DNA from: Dendronephthya gigantea
Lineage: Eukaryota
Reading direction: 5' to 3'
Assembly (NCBI RefSeq): GCF_004324835.1
Contig: NW_021163311.1
Coordinates: forward strand, 74,208 to 138,207
Length of the DNA stretch: 64,000 bases
Shown: positions 22,913 to 35,617 of the stretch, piece after piece
Position numbering within the stretch: the first letter of the stretch is position 1
How the letters are laid out: every line of letters begins with the position of its first letter
Notes under the pieces: model-generated
The model's database searches: none
Told to the model about the DNA's origin: nothing
The model's input: the letters and a program-made list of their open reading frames with translations, nothing else
Translations under genes and position numbers: made by a program

Positions 22913-23238
22913 CTGCGATGAAAACCGACCAAAAATACATAAAATATTCTCATCTACCGATGTTTCAGAATATCTCGCCAATTTTTTAAAAAAAAACTAC
23001 ATGCGGACTACCAAACTTAACCAATGATAATCTACCGATTATTGGGGAAATTAAAAGTGTCAGAAAACCTACTGAATCGATATCAAAATCACTAGGTCTT
23101 GCTTGGTCGGGAGACTATGATTCACTTAAACTGTTTGTTGCTGAATCACTAAGGTTACAGGGTACCTGGACTCAACCTGGCGGGGATAGAAAAGTGTTTA
23201 ATTTTTACTAAAGCAATAAGATGATGACGTGAACTTAC

Positions 23239-23372
23239 TGGCGTCTCCTCGTCCATCAAATAAGCCCCATGCCCCTCGCTTATTGCTTTCTTGTACTCCT
23301 TGTGGGCTTGTTCTTTCTCCTTTACTTCACCAACGATATGTTTACCATTGATAAATGCCTCAAAACCACACA
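23239..23372 (-). CDS. PARP4: PARP4-like VIT-domain exon (CGFEAFINGKHIVGEVKEKEQAHKEYKKAISEGHGAYLMDEETP)
   Basis: Acceptor tctctag and donor CCA|gtaagtt. The phase is consistent with the flanking exons. The motif CGFEAFINGKHIVGE is the VIT core. Confidence 0.7.
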
Positions 23373-23382
23373 CTAGAGAAAG

Positions 23383-23905
23383 ATAGTTTAGTTTAGGTTT
23401 CCTCCTGTAGTAACACTGGATCAATAAGAGATGATCCTTACTGGACCTCTAGGAAGAACAGTTTAGAACTGATAGAACTATCCAGTATAAATAAAGTTAG
23501 TTTAGTTTAGGTTTCCTCCTGTGGTAACACTGGATCAATAAGAGATGATCCTTACTGGACCCCAAGGAAGAACAGTTTAGAACTGATAGAGCTATCCAGT
23601 ATAAATAAAGTTAGTTTAGTTTAGGTTTCCTCCTGTAGAAACACTGGATCAATAAGAGATGATCCTTACTGGACCTCTAGGAAGAACAGTTTAGAACTGA
23701 TAGAACTATCCAGTAGAAATAAAGTTAGTTTAGTTTAGGTTTCCTCTTGTAGTAACACTGGATCAATAACAGATGATCCTTACTGGACCTCTAGGAAGAA
23801 CAGTTTAGAACTGATAGAAATATCCAGTAAAAATAAAGTTAGTTTAGTTTAGGTTTCCTCCTGTAGTAACACTGGATCAATAAGAGATGATCCTTACTGG
23901 ATCTC
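23383..23905. repeat. 118-bp satellite array (about 4.5 units), forward orientation, in a PARP4 intron
   Basis: It has the same unit as 52680-53520. Confidence 0.85.
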
Positions 23906-23947
23906 AATAAAAAAATCTTGAAAATATAAGAACATTTAAATCAATAC

Positions 23948-24255
23948 CGGCAGCCATGTCATCTAATGGAAAAACATATTTGGCTTCAATTGGTTTGTCA
24001 TTTGAATTCTCATAAACTTGCATGACAACGACTTTCGCACAAAGGTCCAAAAGTTTCGCTCTAATATGAACGGATTTTAAAGGCACCAAGGTGTCTCCAT
24101 CAGATCGCAATCCTGGTTTAACTTTGGTCAGTGGATCTTCAACAGCCTCGATATCAGAGGTTGTAATATTCGGAGCAAATTCTTCTTCATCCGATGATGA
24201 CATTGCTTCATCGTCAAGAGAAATTGCTGTTGTGGGTTCAACAAGAACATCTTCA
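23948..24255 (-). CDS. PARP4: PARP4-like exon encoding the linker and start of the VIT domain (…LVPLKSVHIRAKLLDLCAKVVVMQVYENSNDKPIEAKYVFPLDDMAA)
   Basis: Putative acceptor tttctag|T at 24255. Its phase-2 join to the ART exon at 50049 gives an uninterrupted frame (…IGRESEDVLVEPTTA…). The donor is GCCG|gtattga. The VIT start motif resembles PARP4 LVPLEDVHIKGRI...PIEAKYIFPLDDKAA. Confidence 0.6.
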
Positions 24256-24299
24256 CTAGAAATTGTTGAGAAAAGTGAGTTACAAAACGTCTTTCTCTG

Positions 24300-24500
24300 A
24301 AGGCCCTGTTACACGGTGCTATTTTTCTTGCAACTTGCAATGCAATTCTACTTTTGAGAGATCCAAATTTGGCCATTACCAAACTTTTCTGTTTATTAAA
24401 CTCCATGCACGTCTCCTACACTTACATTTTGAACACTCTGTACTAAATTACATCTCTTAAAAGTAGGATTGCATTGCATTAAGTTGCAAGAAAAATTGCA
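24300..24500. repeat. Inverted repeat with about 50-bp arms, roughly 110 bp apart
   Basis: acggtgctatttttcttgcaacttgcaatgcaattctacttttgagagat pairs with atctcttaaaagtaggattgcattgcattaagttgcaagaaaaattgcaccgtg. Confidence 0.7.
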
Positions 24501-25187
24501 CCGTGAAACACAACCTCGTTACCGCGCCGTCTTGAACACAGAAGACCCTGGGAACGAGCTTGCGTGTAATACAGCTTTGACCTCGCTTGAACCTCGTTCC
24601 CCGAGCCCGCGATTCCTCTGGCGAGAAAACAAAGGCTCTGGGAAAATCTCATTCTGAACCGGTTTGCAACCGTTCTCTGTATTTCAAAATTGGAATGGCG
24701 TGAACGACCAATCAGAATAATTTCTGTTCAGGAATTTCCTTAACAAATCATTTAATATTTATTCTTTCTTAGTACGATACAATAAAAAATTTTTACCATT
24801 AATCTATTTACAAACATTTTGCTGTTATCTCAAGTCAATAGCGATGGTTTACAAGTAAATTTGTGGCGCTTTCTTGCTATATGAGAAAGCGAATGTCTTT
24901 CTTTAATCATAACCCTGACTTGAACCGTTATTGAAATATTTGAAAAATGATTGTTTATATTCTTGTTTGCTTCTACAAGGAATCAAATTTGTCTAAAAAC
25001 TAAATGTTTTGAAACCTAGGAACCACTTGTTACGAGTTTTGTACCATAGTTCTTTGCGAAAAACATGCATAAAATTACATGATATATCTACAACTAAATA
25101 TTGTGAATATCTACTCTAAATAGTTCATATTATATGAATATGGCGATACTTCACATAAACGAGTTCAATATTTATATACGAAATAGT

Positions 25188-26792
25188 TCACACAACAACA
25201 GCAGTGGACATCCATCTTGCTTCAGACATTTCTGGAAGTTTTTCCCAAGAATACCTTTCAAAGTTGAAACCTTCAACTGTCTTCAGGTATTCTTCCTCAC
25301 GAAACCCTCCCAGGACTACAATGTTGTTTCCAATAACAACTGCAGTACATCCCCTCCTCTTACATCTCATTGATGGCAGCACGTGACTTTGTTCTGTCTT
25401 GACATTGTAAATGATAACTGTATCTAATGTCTTGCCATGTTTGTCAACGCCACCAATAACAACAATGTTGTCTCCCCATCTCACACTTGCCATACGACTC
25501 ACTTCATACGGCAGTGGTGACAACTGTTTCAGCTCATTCTTCTTTATATCGTACAGTACAACACTGCTGAGGTCGTAATTGCGAGTTGAAATTCCACCAA
25601 CTATCAACAAATTATCATCAAATATTTCCATGCTGTGATATTGTCTTGGTTCTGGCATTCTTGATAAGGTCTTCACAGTATAGGGAGGAACTAGCTGGAC
25701 TGCTCTGATCAAGTCAGATGAACCATTTCCATTATCACCTCCAGAGACTATCAACTGATCATTATACAGCACACTGCTGTGGTTTTTCAACTTATCAGGT
25801 AGTTTAACAGGACAGTCACTCCAGTGTGTTGAGAGATCAGAGTTTGAGTCAGTATTCATTCTAATCATATCATCAACAATGCCAGAAAAACCACAGGTAC
25901 CCCCAGCTATAGTTATATGATTGTTATAAATAAATGAAGTCGCTCCATAACGTTTCTTTGGCATTGATTGTAATGGCGACCATGTTCTTTGACGCCAGTT
26001 AAACATCTCTACAGAGTTAGTTCTGACACCTCCAGCAACAATTATATTTTCCTTATCACCACTTGGTCTATTTCTTACTTTTCTTGTGTTTTCTTCTTTC
26101 TTGCCCTCCATCGTGATAAGAACGTCCTTCATTTCATCAAAAGCTCTGACCAAAGCTGTTTTCAATCCTTTCACTTCGTTGTTACCCGCTTCGAGTTTTC
26201 CTTCGATATCTGCTTTTAAATCCGCGGTATTTTCGTCTATTTTTCTCCCTAAATTTGTTATTTTAGTTTCAATTGTTACATTATTCTTCTCGATATTCGC
26301 CATTCTTTCCTCCACATCTGCCAAAGTTTTCGTCATTTCTCCGCACGAGTGACACTTCAACTTTCGGAATTCACAGACTTCACTTTCATGGTGAATAAGA
26401 TCACGCTTGTTGACAATTAAACCACAGCCTTGGTTTGTACAAACGGCTGGTGTATATCCACATGTATCTTCATGGTGGTCAAGATGCTGTAATTCGACAA
26501 CTTCTTGACAACCTCTGTCGATGTAAACGCAACGAATTTTTGATTCATTCAAAAAATATTTTACCATTCGCGGTGCTTCGATCAAAGTCTCTACGGTCAG
26601 TTCATCAGCACACGTTGGACATGTTTGAGAATTTTCCAGATGTTTCGTAATACAACAACGGCAAAAAGAATGCTGGTATCTCGAACACATAACCGGCTCT
26701 TTCAAGACATTGAAACAAATCTGACACAGGAAATTTTGATTCACTTTGTCCACAAATCTTTCTTCATCGTAGCCTTGTATATATGAAGCCAT
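25188..26792 (-). CDS. RING-HC / TRAF-type zinc finger / coiled-coil / six-bladed Kelch protein, array copy 1 (534 aa, intact)
   Basis: Single uninterrupted ORF. It has the RING signature CQICFNVLKEPVMCSRYQHSFCRCCITKHLENSQTCPTC. The TRAF zinc finger is CVYIDRGCQEVVELQHLDHHEDTCGYTPAVCTNQGCG...CEFRKLKCHSCGE. A heptad-rich segment follows, then six blades each built on a G-G doublet (IIVAGG, ITIAGG, LIVSGG, LLIVGG, IVVIGG, IVVLGG). Confidence 0.85.
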   Translation of the reverse strand: MASYIQGYDEERFVDKVNQNFLCQICFNVLKEPVMCSRYQHSFCRCCITKHLENSQTCPTCADELTVETLIEAPRMVKYFLNESKIRCVYIDRGCQEVVELQHLDHHEDTCGYTPAVCTNQGCGLIVNKRDLIHHESEVCEFRKLKCHSCGEMTKTLADVEERMANIEKNNVTIETKITNLGRKIDENTADLKADIEGKLEAGNNEVKGLKTALVRAFDEMKDVLITMEGKKEENTRKVRNRPSGDKENIIVAGGVRTNSVEMFNWRQRTWSPLQSMPKKRYGATSFIYNNHITIAGGTCGFSGIVDDMIRMNTDSNSDLSTHWSDCPVKLPDKLKNHSSVLYNDQLIVSGGDNGNGSSDLIRAVQLVPPYTVKTLSRMPEPRQYHSMEIFDDNLLIVGGISTRNYDLSSVVLYDIKKNELKQLSPLPYEVSRMASVRWGDNIVVIGGVDKHGKTLDTVIIYNVKTEQSHVLPSMRCKRRGCTAVVIGNNIVVLGGFREEEYLKTVEGFNFERYSWEKLPEMSEARWMSTAVVV

Positions 26793-28544
26793 ATTTCACG
26801 TCGTTCTTGTGTCGTAATAATAAAGCAAGTTCTGTGTTGTTTGTCGCTCTGTAGTATAAACCTCGCTGTATAGACTGAATATAGATACAGTGTTCGTTCT
26901 TGGAGAAGTCTGTGTATTTGCTTGAAATCTTTTGATCGGTTTAGAAAAGGCAGGAAAATATCGCTTCGGTATAAAGTGTTTAAAGCGTCTTTTGTTGACA
27001 GGAATTTGTAGTATGGAAAAAGATATTTTTATCAGGTCTTGTGACAAAAGGTCATCACCTCTTGTTCAAATACTGATTTGCAATTGGTTGTGTTTTAGTG
27101 TTTACGTTGGTAGGAATTTCTTATTTCATTATATGGAAATGAGTTCGAAGAAAACGATACTTTATACCAAGAATAATCAATCATAATAATGAAATATTTA
27201 GACGAAGTACATTGTAATCGATGTTGATAAAGTCTGCATCAGAATATGTCTCAAATCTTTTACATAATCATGTGTTAAAACATACAAACTGCCTTTGTTT
27301 AAAAATATTTCACACAACGCTAGGCAGACTGATATATATTTTGTTTATAATATCACAATGGGTGGTCGCGAGGTAATATTATTACTGGTTTCAACTGGTT
27401 TTTTTAGCCAGGATTTTTAATACGAGTGTTTTAACGTCCTAATAGTCGACTAATTCCTAAGTATTAAGACGTGTCTTTATACTGACGTTTGTCGTAGCTT
27501 ATTTGCTGCTACTGAAAAATGTCGCCGTTATGAATTTTTGCAACTATTTTGTTGCAAAATATCAGGATTTGTAATTGTTCAGCCAAATAATATATGAAAA
27601 TGATATTCCTCGGTCTGTTGTATAAAAAGGTATTGAATCACAATTGGTCAATCACAATTCCGTATTCTGTAGTTAACTACGATAATTATCTGTCGCATTG
27701 CATTGGATCAATCCTTTTATATAATATAAACTCACATTCGCTCTTGTCAGCTCACTCCGTACACTGTATATAGCTCAGTGACCAGAGCTGTTGACGTCAT
27801 CGCTCATGACGTAATGTTTGATTGCTGAAGGAAGCCTGGAAGTCTGGTAATTCCTAAATTCTTCTAAACTGTCCCAAGGTTAGGACTTAAAACTATATAA
27901 ATTTCACTCGATTTTCCATCAACCAAATACTCACACGTAAAAATGGTTCGATTCGACTCAAATGAAAAATAATTTTGCCATTTCTACGAGTGTTTTCGTA
28001 CGAATTTAGAAAGAACTTTATAAGAAAGTGTCTTTATAACCAAACTTATCCATGCAAAAAGGAATAAAAACATTGACAATGGACCGTTTAGGGATTTCCT
28101 CAATAAATCATTTAATATTTATTCTTTCTTAGTAGGATACAACATAAAAATTTTTACAATTAATCTATTTACAAACATTTTGCTGTTGTCTCAAGTCAAT
28201 AGCGATGGTTTACAAGCAAATTTGTGGCGCTTTCTTGCTATATGGGAAAGCGAATGTCTTTGTTAATCATAACCCTGATTTAAACCGTTAATGAAATATT
28301 TGAAAAATGATTGTTTATATTCTTGTTTCCTTCTACAAGGAATGAAATTTGTCTAAAAACTAAATGTTTTGAAATCTAGGAACCACTTGTTACGAACTTT
28401 CGCCACAATCCTTCTCAAAAAACATGCATAAAATTATATAATATATTTACAACTAAATATTTTGAATATCTGCTCTAAATAGTTCATATTATGATTATGG
28501 CTATACTTCACATAAACGAGTTCATCAAGATCCGACGTCACTTT

Positions 28545-30147
28545 TCACACAACAACAGCATTGTGAATCCATCTTGCTTCAGACATTTCTGGAAGTTTTT
28601 TCCAAAAATACCTTTCAAAGTTGAAACATTCAACTGACTTCAACTTTCCTCCATCACCCCACCCTCCCAGGACTACAATGTTGTTTTCAATAACAACTGC
28701 AGTACATCCCTTTCTCTTACATCTCATTGATGGCAGCATGTGACTTTGTTCTGTCTTGATATTGTAAATGATAACTGTATCTAATGTCTTGCCATGTTTG
28801 TCAGTGCCACCAATAACAACGATGTTGTCTCCCCATTTCACAATTGCCATATCACTCACTTCATACGGCAGTGGTGACAACTGTTTCAGCTCATTCTTCT
28901 TATATCGTACAGCACAACACTGCTTAGGTTGTCTTTGTTATTACCAGTTCTTCCACCAACTATCAACAATTTATCATCAAATATTTTCATGCTGTGACCT
29001 TGTCTTGGTTTTGGCATTCTTGATAAGGTCTTCACAGTATAGGGAGGAACAAGCTGGACTGCTCTGATCAAGTTAGATGAAATAATTCCATCATCACCTC
29101 CAGAGACTATCAACTGATCATTATACAGCACACTGCTGTGGTTTCTCAACTCACGAGGTAGTTTAACAGGACAGTTACTCCAGTGTGTTGAGAGATCAGG
29201 GTTTGGGTCAATATTCATTCTAATCATATCATCAACAATGTCAGGAAAAACAGAGCAACCCCCAGCTATAGTCATATGATTGTTGTAAATAAATGAAGTC
29301 GCTCCCCAAAGTTTCTCTGGCATTGATTGTAATAGCGACCATGTTCTTTGACGCCAGTTAAACATCTCTACAGAGTTAGTTCCTACACCTCCAGCGACAA
29401 TTATATTTTCCTTATCACCATTTGGTCTATTTCTTTTTTTTCCTGTGTTTTCTTCTTTCTTGCCCTCCATTGTGATAAGAACGTTCTTCATTTCATCAAA
29501 AGCTCTGACCAAAGCTGTTTTTAATCCTATGACTTCGTTGTTAACCGCTTCGAGTTTTCCTTCCAGATCTGCTTTTAAATCTGCGACTGTGGTATTTCTC
29601 GCCATATTTTTTTCTAAATTTGTTATTTTAGTTTCAATTGTTGTATTATTCTTCGCCATTCTTTCCTCCATATCTGCCAAAGTTTTGGTCATTTCTCCGC
29701 ACGAGTGACACTTCAACTTTCGGAATTCACAGACTTCACTTTCATGGTGAATAAGATCACGCTTGTTGACAATTAAACCACAGCCTTGGTTTGTACAAAC
29801 GGCTGGTGTATATCCACATGTATCTTCATGGCGGTCAAGATGCTGTAATTCTACAACTTCTTGACAACCTCTGTCGATGTAAACGCAACGAATTTTCGAT
29901 TCATTTAAGAACTCTTTTACATTCGCGGTGGTTCGATCAAAGTCTCTAAGTTCAGTTCATCAGCGCACGTTGGGCATGTTTGAGAATTTTCCAGATGTTT
30001 CGTAATACAACAACGGCAAAACGAATGCTGGTTTGTCGGACAAAGGACAGGCTCTTTCAAGACATTGAAGCAAATCTGACACAGGAAATTTTGATTGATT
30101 TTGTCCACAAACCTTTCTTCATCGTAGCCTTGTATATATGAAGCCAT
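28545..30147 (-). pseudogene. RING-TRAF-Kelch array copy 2, disrupted (ORF pieces 28545-28880, 28886-29716, 29917-30147)
   Basis: It has the same frameshift near 28883 as copy 6. It also has an additional 1-bp deletion near 29925 (ttttacattcgcgg against ttttaccattcgcgg). Confidence 0.75.
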
Positions 30148-31900
30148 ATTTCACGTCGTTCTTGTGTCGTAATAATAAAGCAAGTTCTGTGTGTTTGTCG
30201 CTCTGTAGTATAAACCTCGCTGTATAGACTGAATATAGATACAGTGTTCGTTCTTAGAGAAGTCTGTGTATTTGCTTGAAATCTTTTGATCGGTTTAGAA
30301 AAGGCAGACAAGTATCGCTTCGGTATAAAGTGTTTAAAGCGTCTTTTGTTGACAGGAATTTGTAGTATGAAAAAAAGTTATTTTTATCAGGTCTTGTGAC
30401 GAAAGGTCATCACCTCTTCTTCAAATACTGACTTGCAATTGGTTGTGTTTTAGTGTTTATGCAGGTAGGAATTTCTTATTTCATTATATGGAAATGAGTT
30501 CAAAGAAAACGATACTTTATACCAAGAAAAATCAATCATAATAATGAAATATTTAGACTAAGTACATTGTAATCGATGTTAATAAAGTCTGCATCAGAAT
30601 TTGTCTCAAATCTTTTACAAAATCATGTGTTAAAACATACAAACTGCCTTTGTTTAAAAATATTTCACACAACGCTACACAGACTGATATATATTTTGTT
30701 TATAATATCGCAACGGGTGGTTGCCACTTGCCAGGCAATATTATTACTGGTTTCAACTGGTTTTATCAGCCAGGATTTTTAATACGAGTATTTTTACGTT
30801 TTAATAGTCGACTAATTCCTAAGTATTAAGACGTGTCTTACTGACGTTTGTCGTAGCTTATTTGCTGCTACTGAAAAATGTCGCCATTATGAAATTTTGC
30901 AACTATTTTGTTGCAAAATATCAGGATTTGTAATTGTTCAGCGAAATAATATATGAAAATGATATTCCTCGGTTTGTTATATAAAAAGGTATTGAATCAC
31001 AATTGGTCAATCACTATTCCGTATTTTGTAGTTAACTACGATAATTATCTGTCACATTGCATTGGATCAATCCTTTTATATAATATAAACTCACATTCGC
31101 TCTTGTCAGCTCACTCCGTACACTGTATATAGCTCAGTGACCAGAGCTGTCACGACGTCATCGCTCATGACGTAATGTTTGATTTCTGAAGGAAACCTGG
31201 AAGTCTGGTAATTGCTAAATTATTCTCAACTGTCCCAAGGTTAGGACTTAAAACGATATAAATTTCGCTCGATTTTCCATCAACCAAAAACTCACACGTA
31301 AAAATGGTTCGATTCGACTCAAATGAAAAATAATTTTGCCATTTGTACGAGTGTTTTCGTACGAATTTAGAAAGAACTTTATAAAAAAGTGTCGTTATAA
31401 CCAAACTTATCCATGCGAAAAGGAATAAAAACATTGAAAATGGACCGTTTAGGGATTTCCTTAATAAATCATATAATATTTATTCTTTCTTAGTAGGATA
31501 CAATATGAAAAATTTTTACCAATAATCTATTTACAAACATTTTGCTGTTGTCTCAAGTCAATAGCGATGGTTTACAAGCAAATTTGTGGCACTTTCTTGC
31601 TATATGGGAAAGCGAAAGTCTTTCATTAATCATAACCCTGATTTCAACCGTTATTGAAATATTTGAAAAAAGATTGTTTATATTCTTGTTTCCTTCTACA
31701 AGGAATTAAATTTGTCTAAAAACTAAATGTGTTGAAATCTAGGAACCACTTGTTACGAACTTTCGCCATAATCCTTCTCAAAAAAACATGCATAATATCT
31801 ATCTACAACTAAATATTTTGAATATCAACTCCAAATAGTTCATATTATGATTATGGCGATACTTCACATAAACGAGTTCATGAACATCCTACGTCACTTT

Positions 31901-33511
31901 TCACACAACAACAGCAGTGGACATCCATCTTGCTTGAGACATTTCTGGAAGTTGTTCCCAAGAATACCTTTCAAAGTTGAAACCTTCAACTGACTTTAGC
32001 TCTCCTTCCTCACCCAACCCTCCCAGGACTACAATGTTGTTTTCAATAACAACTGCAGTACATCCACTCCTCTTCCATCTCATTGATGGCAGCATGTGAC
32101 TTTGTCCTGTCTTGACATTGTAAATGATAACTGTATCAAATGCATTGATATGTTTGTCAGCACCACCAATAACAAGAATGTTGTCTCCCCATCTCACAGT
32201 TGCCATGTGACTCACTTCATACGGCAGTGGTGACAACTGTTTCAGCTCATTCTTCTTTATATCGTACAGTACGACACTGCTGAGGCTGTCTTTGTAATTG
32301 TCAGTTGTACTTCCACCAACTATCAACAAATTATCATCAAATATTTCCATGCTGTGATATTGTCTTGGTTCTGGCATTCTTGATAAGGTCTTCACACTAT
32401 AGGGAGGAACAAGCTGGACTGATCTGATCAATTCAGATGAAACATTTCCATTATCACCTCCAGAGACTATCAACTGATCATTATACAGCACACTGCTGTG
32501 GTAGCACAACTTATCAGGTAGTTTAACAGGACAGTAACTCCAGTGTGTTGAGAGATCAGGGTTTGGGTCAATATTCATTCTAATCATATCATCAACATCG
32601 CCAGACCCATCACGACCCCCAGCTATAGTCATATGACTGTTATAAATAAACGAAGTCGCTGCATCACGATTCTCTGGCACTGATTGTAATGGCGACCATG
32701 TTCTTCGACGCCAGTTAAACATCTCCACAGAGTTAGTTTTATAACCTGCAGCAACAATTATATTTTCCTTAACACCACTTGGTCTATTTCTTACTTTTCT
32801 TGTGTTTTCTTCTATCTTCCCCTCCATCGTGATAAGAACGTCCTTCATTTCATCAAAAGCTCTGACCAAAGCTGTTTTCAATCCTTTGACTTCGTTGTTA
32901 ACCGCTTCGTGTTTTCCTTCCATATCTGCTTTCATATCTGCTTTTAAATCCACGGTATTTTTGTCTATTTTTCTCTCTAAATTTGTTATTTTAGTTTCAA
33001 TTGTTATATTATTCTGCGCCATTCTTTCCTCCATATCTGCCAAAGTTTTCGTGATTTCTCCGCACGAGTGACACTTCAACTTTCGGAATTCACAGACTTC
33101 ACTTTCATGGTGAATAAGATCACGCTTGTTGACAATTGAACCACAGCCTTGGTTTGTACAAACGGCTGGTGTATATCCACATGTATCTTCATGGCGGTCA
33201 AGATGCTGTAATTCTACAACTTCTTGACAACCTCTGTCGATGTAGAGGCAACGAATTTTCGATTCATTTAAGAACTCTTTTACCATTCGCGGTGGTTCGA
33301 TCAAAGTCTCTAAGGTCAGTTCATCAGCACACGTTGGGCATGTTTGAGAATTTTCCAGATGTTTCGTAATACAACAACGGCAAAACGAATGCTGGTTTGT
33401 CGGACAAAGGACAGGCTCTTTCAAGACATTGAAGCAAATCTGACACAGGAAATTTTGATTCATTTTGTCCACAAACCTTTCTTCATCGTAACCTTGTATA
33501 TATGAAGCCAT
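31901..33511 (-). CDS. RING-TRAF-Kelch protein, array copy 3 (536 aa, intact)
   Basis: Full-length ORF with the same domain order. It differs from the other copies mainly in the Kelch loops. Confidence 0.85.
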   Translation of the reverse strand: MASYIQGYDEERFVDKMNQNFLCQICFNVLKEPVLCPTNQHSFCRCCITKHLENSQTCPTCADELTLETLIEPPRMVKEFLNESKIRCLYIDRGCQEVVELQHLDRHEDTCGYTPAVCTNQGCGSIVNKRDLIHHESEVCEFRKLKCHSCGEITKTLADMEERMAQNNITIETKITNLERKIDKNTVDLKADMKADMEGKHEAVNNEVKGLKTALVRAFDEMKDVLITMEGKIEENTRKVRNRPSGVKENIIVAAGYKTNSVEMFNWRRRTWSPLQSVPENRDAATSFIYNSHMTIAGGRDGSGDVDDMIRMNIDPNPDLSTHWSYCPVKLPDKLCYHSSVLYNDQLIVSGGDNGNVSSELIRSVQLVPPYSVKTLSRMPEPRQYHSMEIFDDNLLIVGGSTTDNYKDSLSSVVLYDIKKNELKQLSPLPYEVSHMATVRWGDNILVIGGADKHINAFDTVIIYNVKTGQSHMLPSMRWKRSGCTAVVIENNIVVLGGLGEEGELKSVEGFNFERYSWEQLPEMSQARWMSTAVVV

Positions 33512-34261
33512 ATTTCACGTCGTTCTTGTGTCGTAATAATAAAGCAAGTTCTGTGTTGTTTGTCGCTCTGTAGTGTAAACCTCGCTGTATAGACTGAATA
33601 TAGATACAGTGTTCGTTCTTAGAGAAGTCTGTGTATTTGTTTGAAATCTTTTGATCGGTTTAGAAAAGGCAGACAAATATCGCTTCTGTATAAAGTGTTT
33701 AATAAAGCGTCTTATGTAGACAGAAATTTGTTGCTATGAAAATATGATATTATTTTCACGTCTTGTGACAAAAGGTCATCACCTGCTGTTCAAATGCTGA
33801 CTTGCAATTGGTTGTGTTTATGTTGCTAGGAATTTCTTATTTTATTATATGGAAATGAGTTCGAAGAAAAGGATACTTTATACCAAGAAAAATCAATCAT
33901 AATAATGAAATATTTAGACGAAGTACATTTTTGGGGAATTGTCATAGTATAGGGTTAACCTCACGATTTCCTGTTCAAGATTGTTGTGAATGTTATCTTG
34001 TTATCTTGAATAAATTATGTATGTATATGTATGTATGTATGTACATTGTAATCGATGTTGATAAAGTCTGCATCAGAATTTGTCTCAAATCTTTTACAAA
34101 ATCATGTGTTAAAACATACAAACTGCCTTTGTTTAAAAATATTTCACACAACGCTAGGCAGACTGATATATATTTTGTTTATAATATCTTAACGGGTGGT
34201 CGCCAGGCAATATTATTATTGGTTTCAACTGGTTTTATCAGTGAGGGATTTTAATACCAGG

Positions 34262-34500
34262 GTCTGGTTGTATCAAGCCCGTTTAGCTTAAACGGTGGAT
34301 AAGCCAAAATTAAACAACACTCTTACATCTCTCTTGAATGAGTCAACTTGAATATTATGCACTGAATATGTAGTTGTAAACAGTATCTTTGTATTAAAGT
34401 TAAAAATATTCAGTTCGCCTGTTGAATAAAACGGCAGACTTTCTTTCTATTTTGAACTTATCCACCGGTTAAGCTAAACGGGCTTAATACAACCGGCCCC
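34262..34500. mobile_element. MITE family A copy between array units 3 and 4
   Basis: It has the same TIRs and is absent from the equivalent position in the other units. Confidence 0.7.
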
Positions 34501-35617
34501 TGTGTTTTAACGCTCTATTAGTCGACTAATTCCTAAGTATTAAGTCGTGTCTTACTGACGTTTGTCGTAGCTTATTTGCTAGCGAAAAATGTCGCCATTA
34601 TGAAATTCTGCAACAACTTTGTTGCAAAATATCAGGATTTGTAATTGTTCAGCAAAATAATATATGAAAATGATATTCCTCAGTCTGTTATATAAAAAGG
34701 TATTGAATCACAATTGACCAATCACAATTCCGTATTCTGTAGTTAACTACGATAATTATCTGTCGCATTGCATTGGATCAATCATTTTATATAATATAAA
34801 CTCACATTCGCTCTTGTCAGCTCACTCCGTACACTGTATATAGCTCAGTGACCAGAGCTGTCACGTCATCGCTCATGACGTAATGTTTGATTTCTGAAGG
34901 AAACCTTGAGGTCTGGTAATTGCTAAATTCTTCTAAACTGTCCCAAGATTAGGACTTAAAACGATATAAATTTCACTCGATTTTCCATCAACCAAAAACT
35001 CACACGTAAAAATGGTTCCGTTCGACTCAAATGAAAAATAATTTTGCCATTTGTACGAGTGTTTTCCTACGAATTTAGAAAGAACTTTATAATAAAGTGT
35101 CTTTATAACCAAACTTATCCATGCAAAAAAGACTAAAAACATTGACCATGGACCGTTTAGGGATTTCCTTAATAAATCATTTAATATTTATTCTTTCTTA
35201 GTACGATACAATATATAAAAGTTTACCATTAATCTATATTTACAAACATTTTGCTGTTGTCTCAAAAGTCAATAGCGATGGTTTACAAGCAAATTTGTGG
35301 CGCTTTCTTGCTATATGGGAAAGCGAAAGTCTTTCGTTAATCATAACCCAGATTTGAACCGTTATTGAAATATTTGAAAAATGATTGTTTATATTCTTGT
35401 TTGCCTCTACAAGGAATTAAATTGGTCAAAAACTTAATCTGTAGAAACCTAGGAACCACTTGTTACGAACTTTCGCCATAATCCTTCTCAAAAAACATGC
35501 AAAAAATTATATAATATATCTACAACTAAATATTTTGAATATCTACTCTAAATAGTTCATATTATGAATATGGCTATACTTCACATAAACGAGTTCATCA
35601 ACATCCTACGTCACTTC

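Noticed and set aside
17515-24255. Interpreting the VIT-vWA exons as a separate VWA5A-like gene starting at Met 24203
   Set aside because: The frame stays open upstream of that Met to a usable acceptor. The phase-2 end of the ART exon at 50049 joins it in frame. The downstream exons match the PARP4-specific C-terminal region rather than VWA5A. Only transcript data can settle this, so it stays flagged in the findings.
26086-26352. Plus-strand ORFs of about 88 aa (MFSSFLPSIVIRTSFISSKALTKAVF…) recurring in every array unit
   Set aside because: They are antisense frames of the coiled-coil region of the RING-TRAF-Kelch genes. They recur only because the array recurs, and they have no independent signals.
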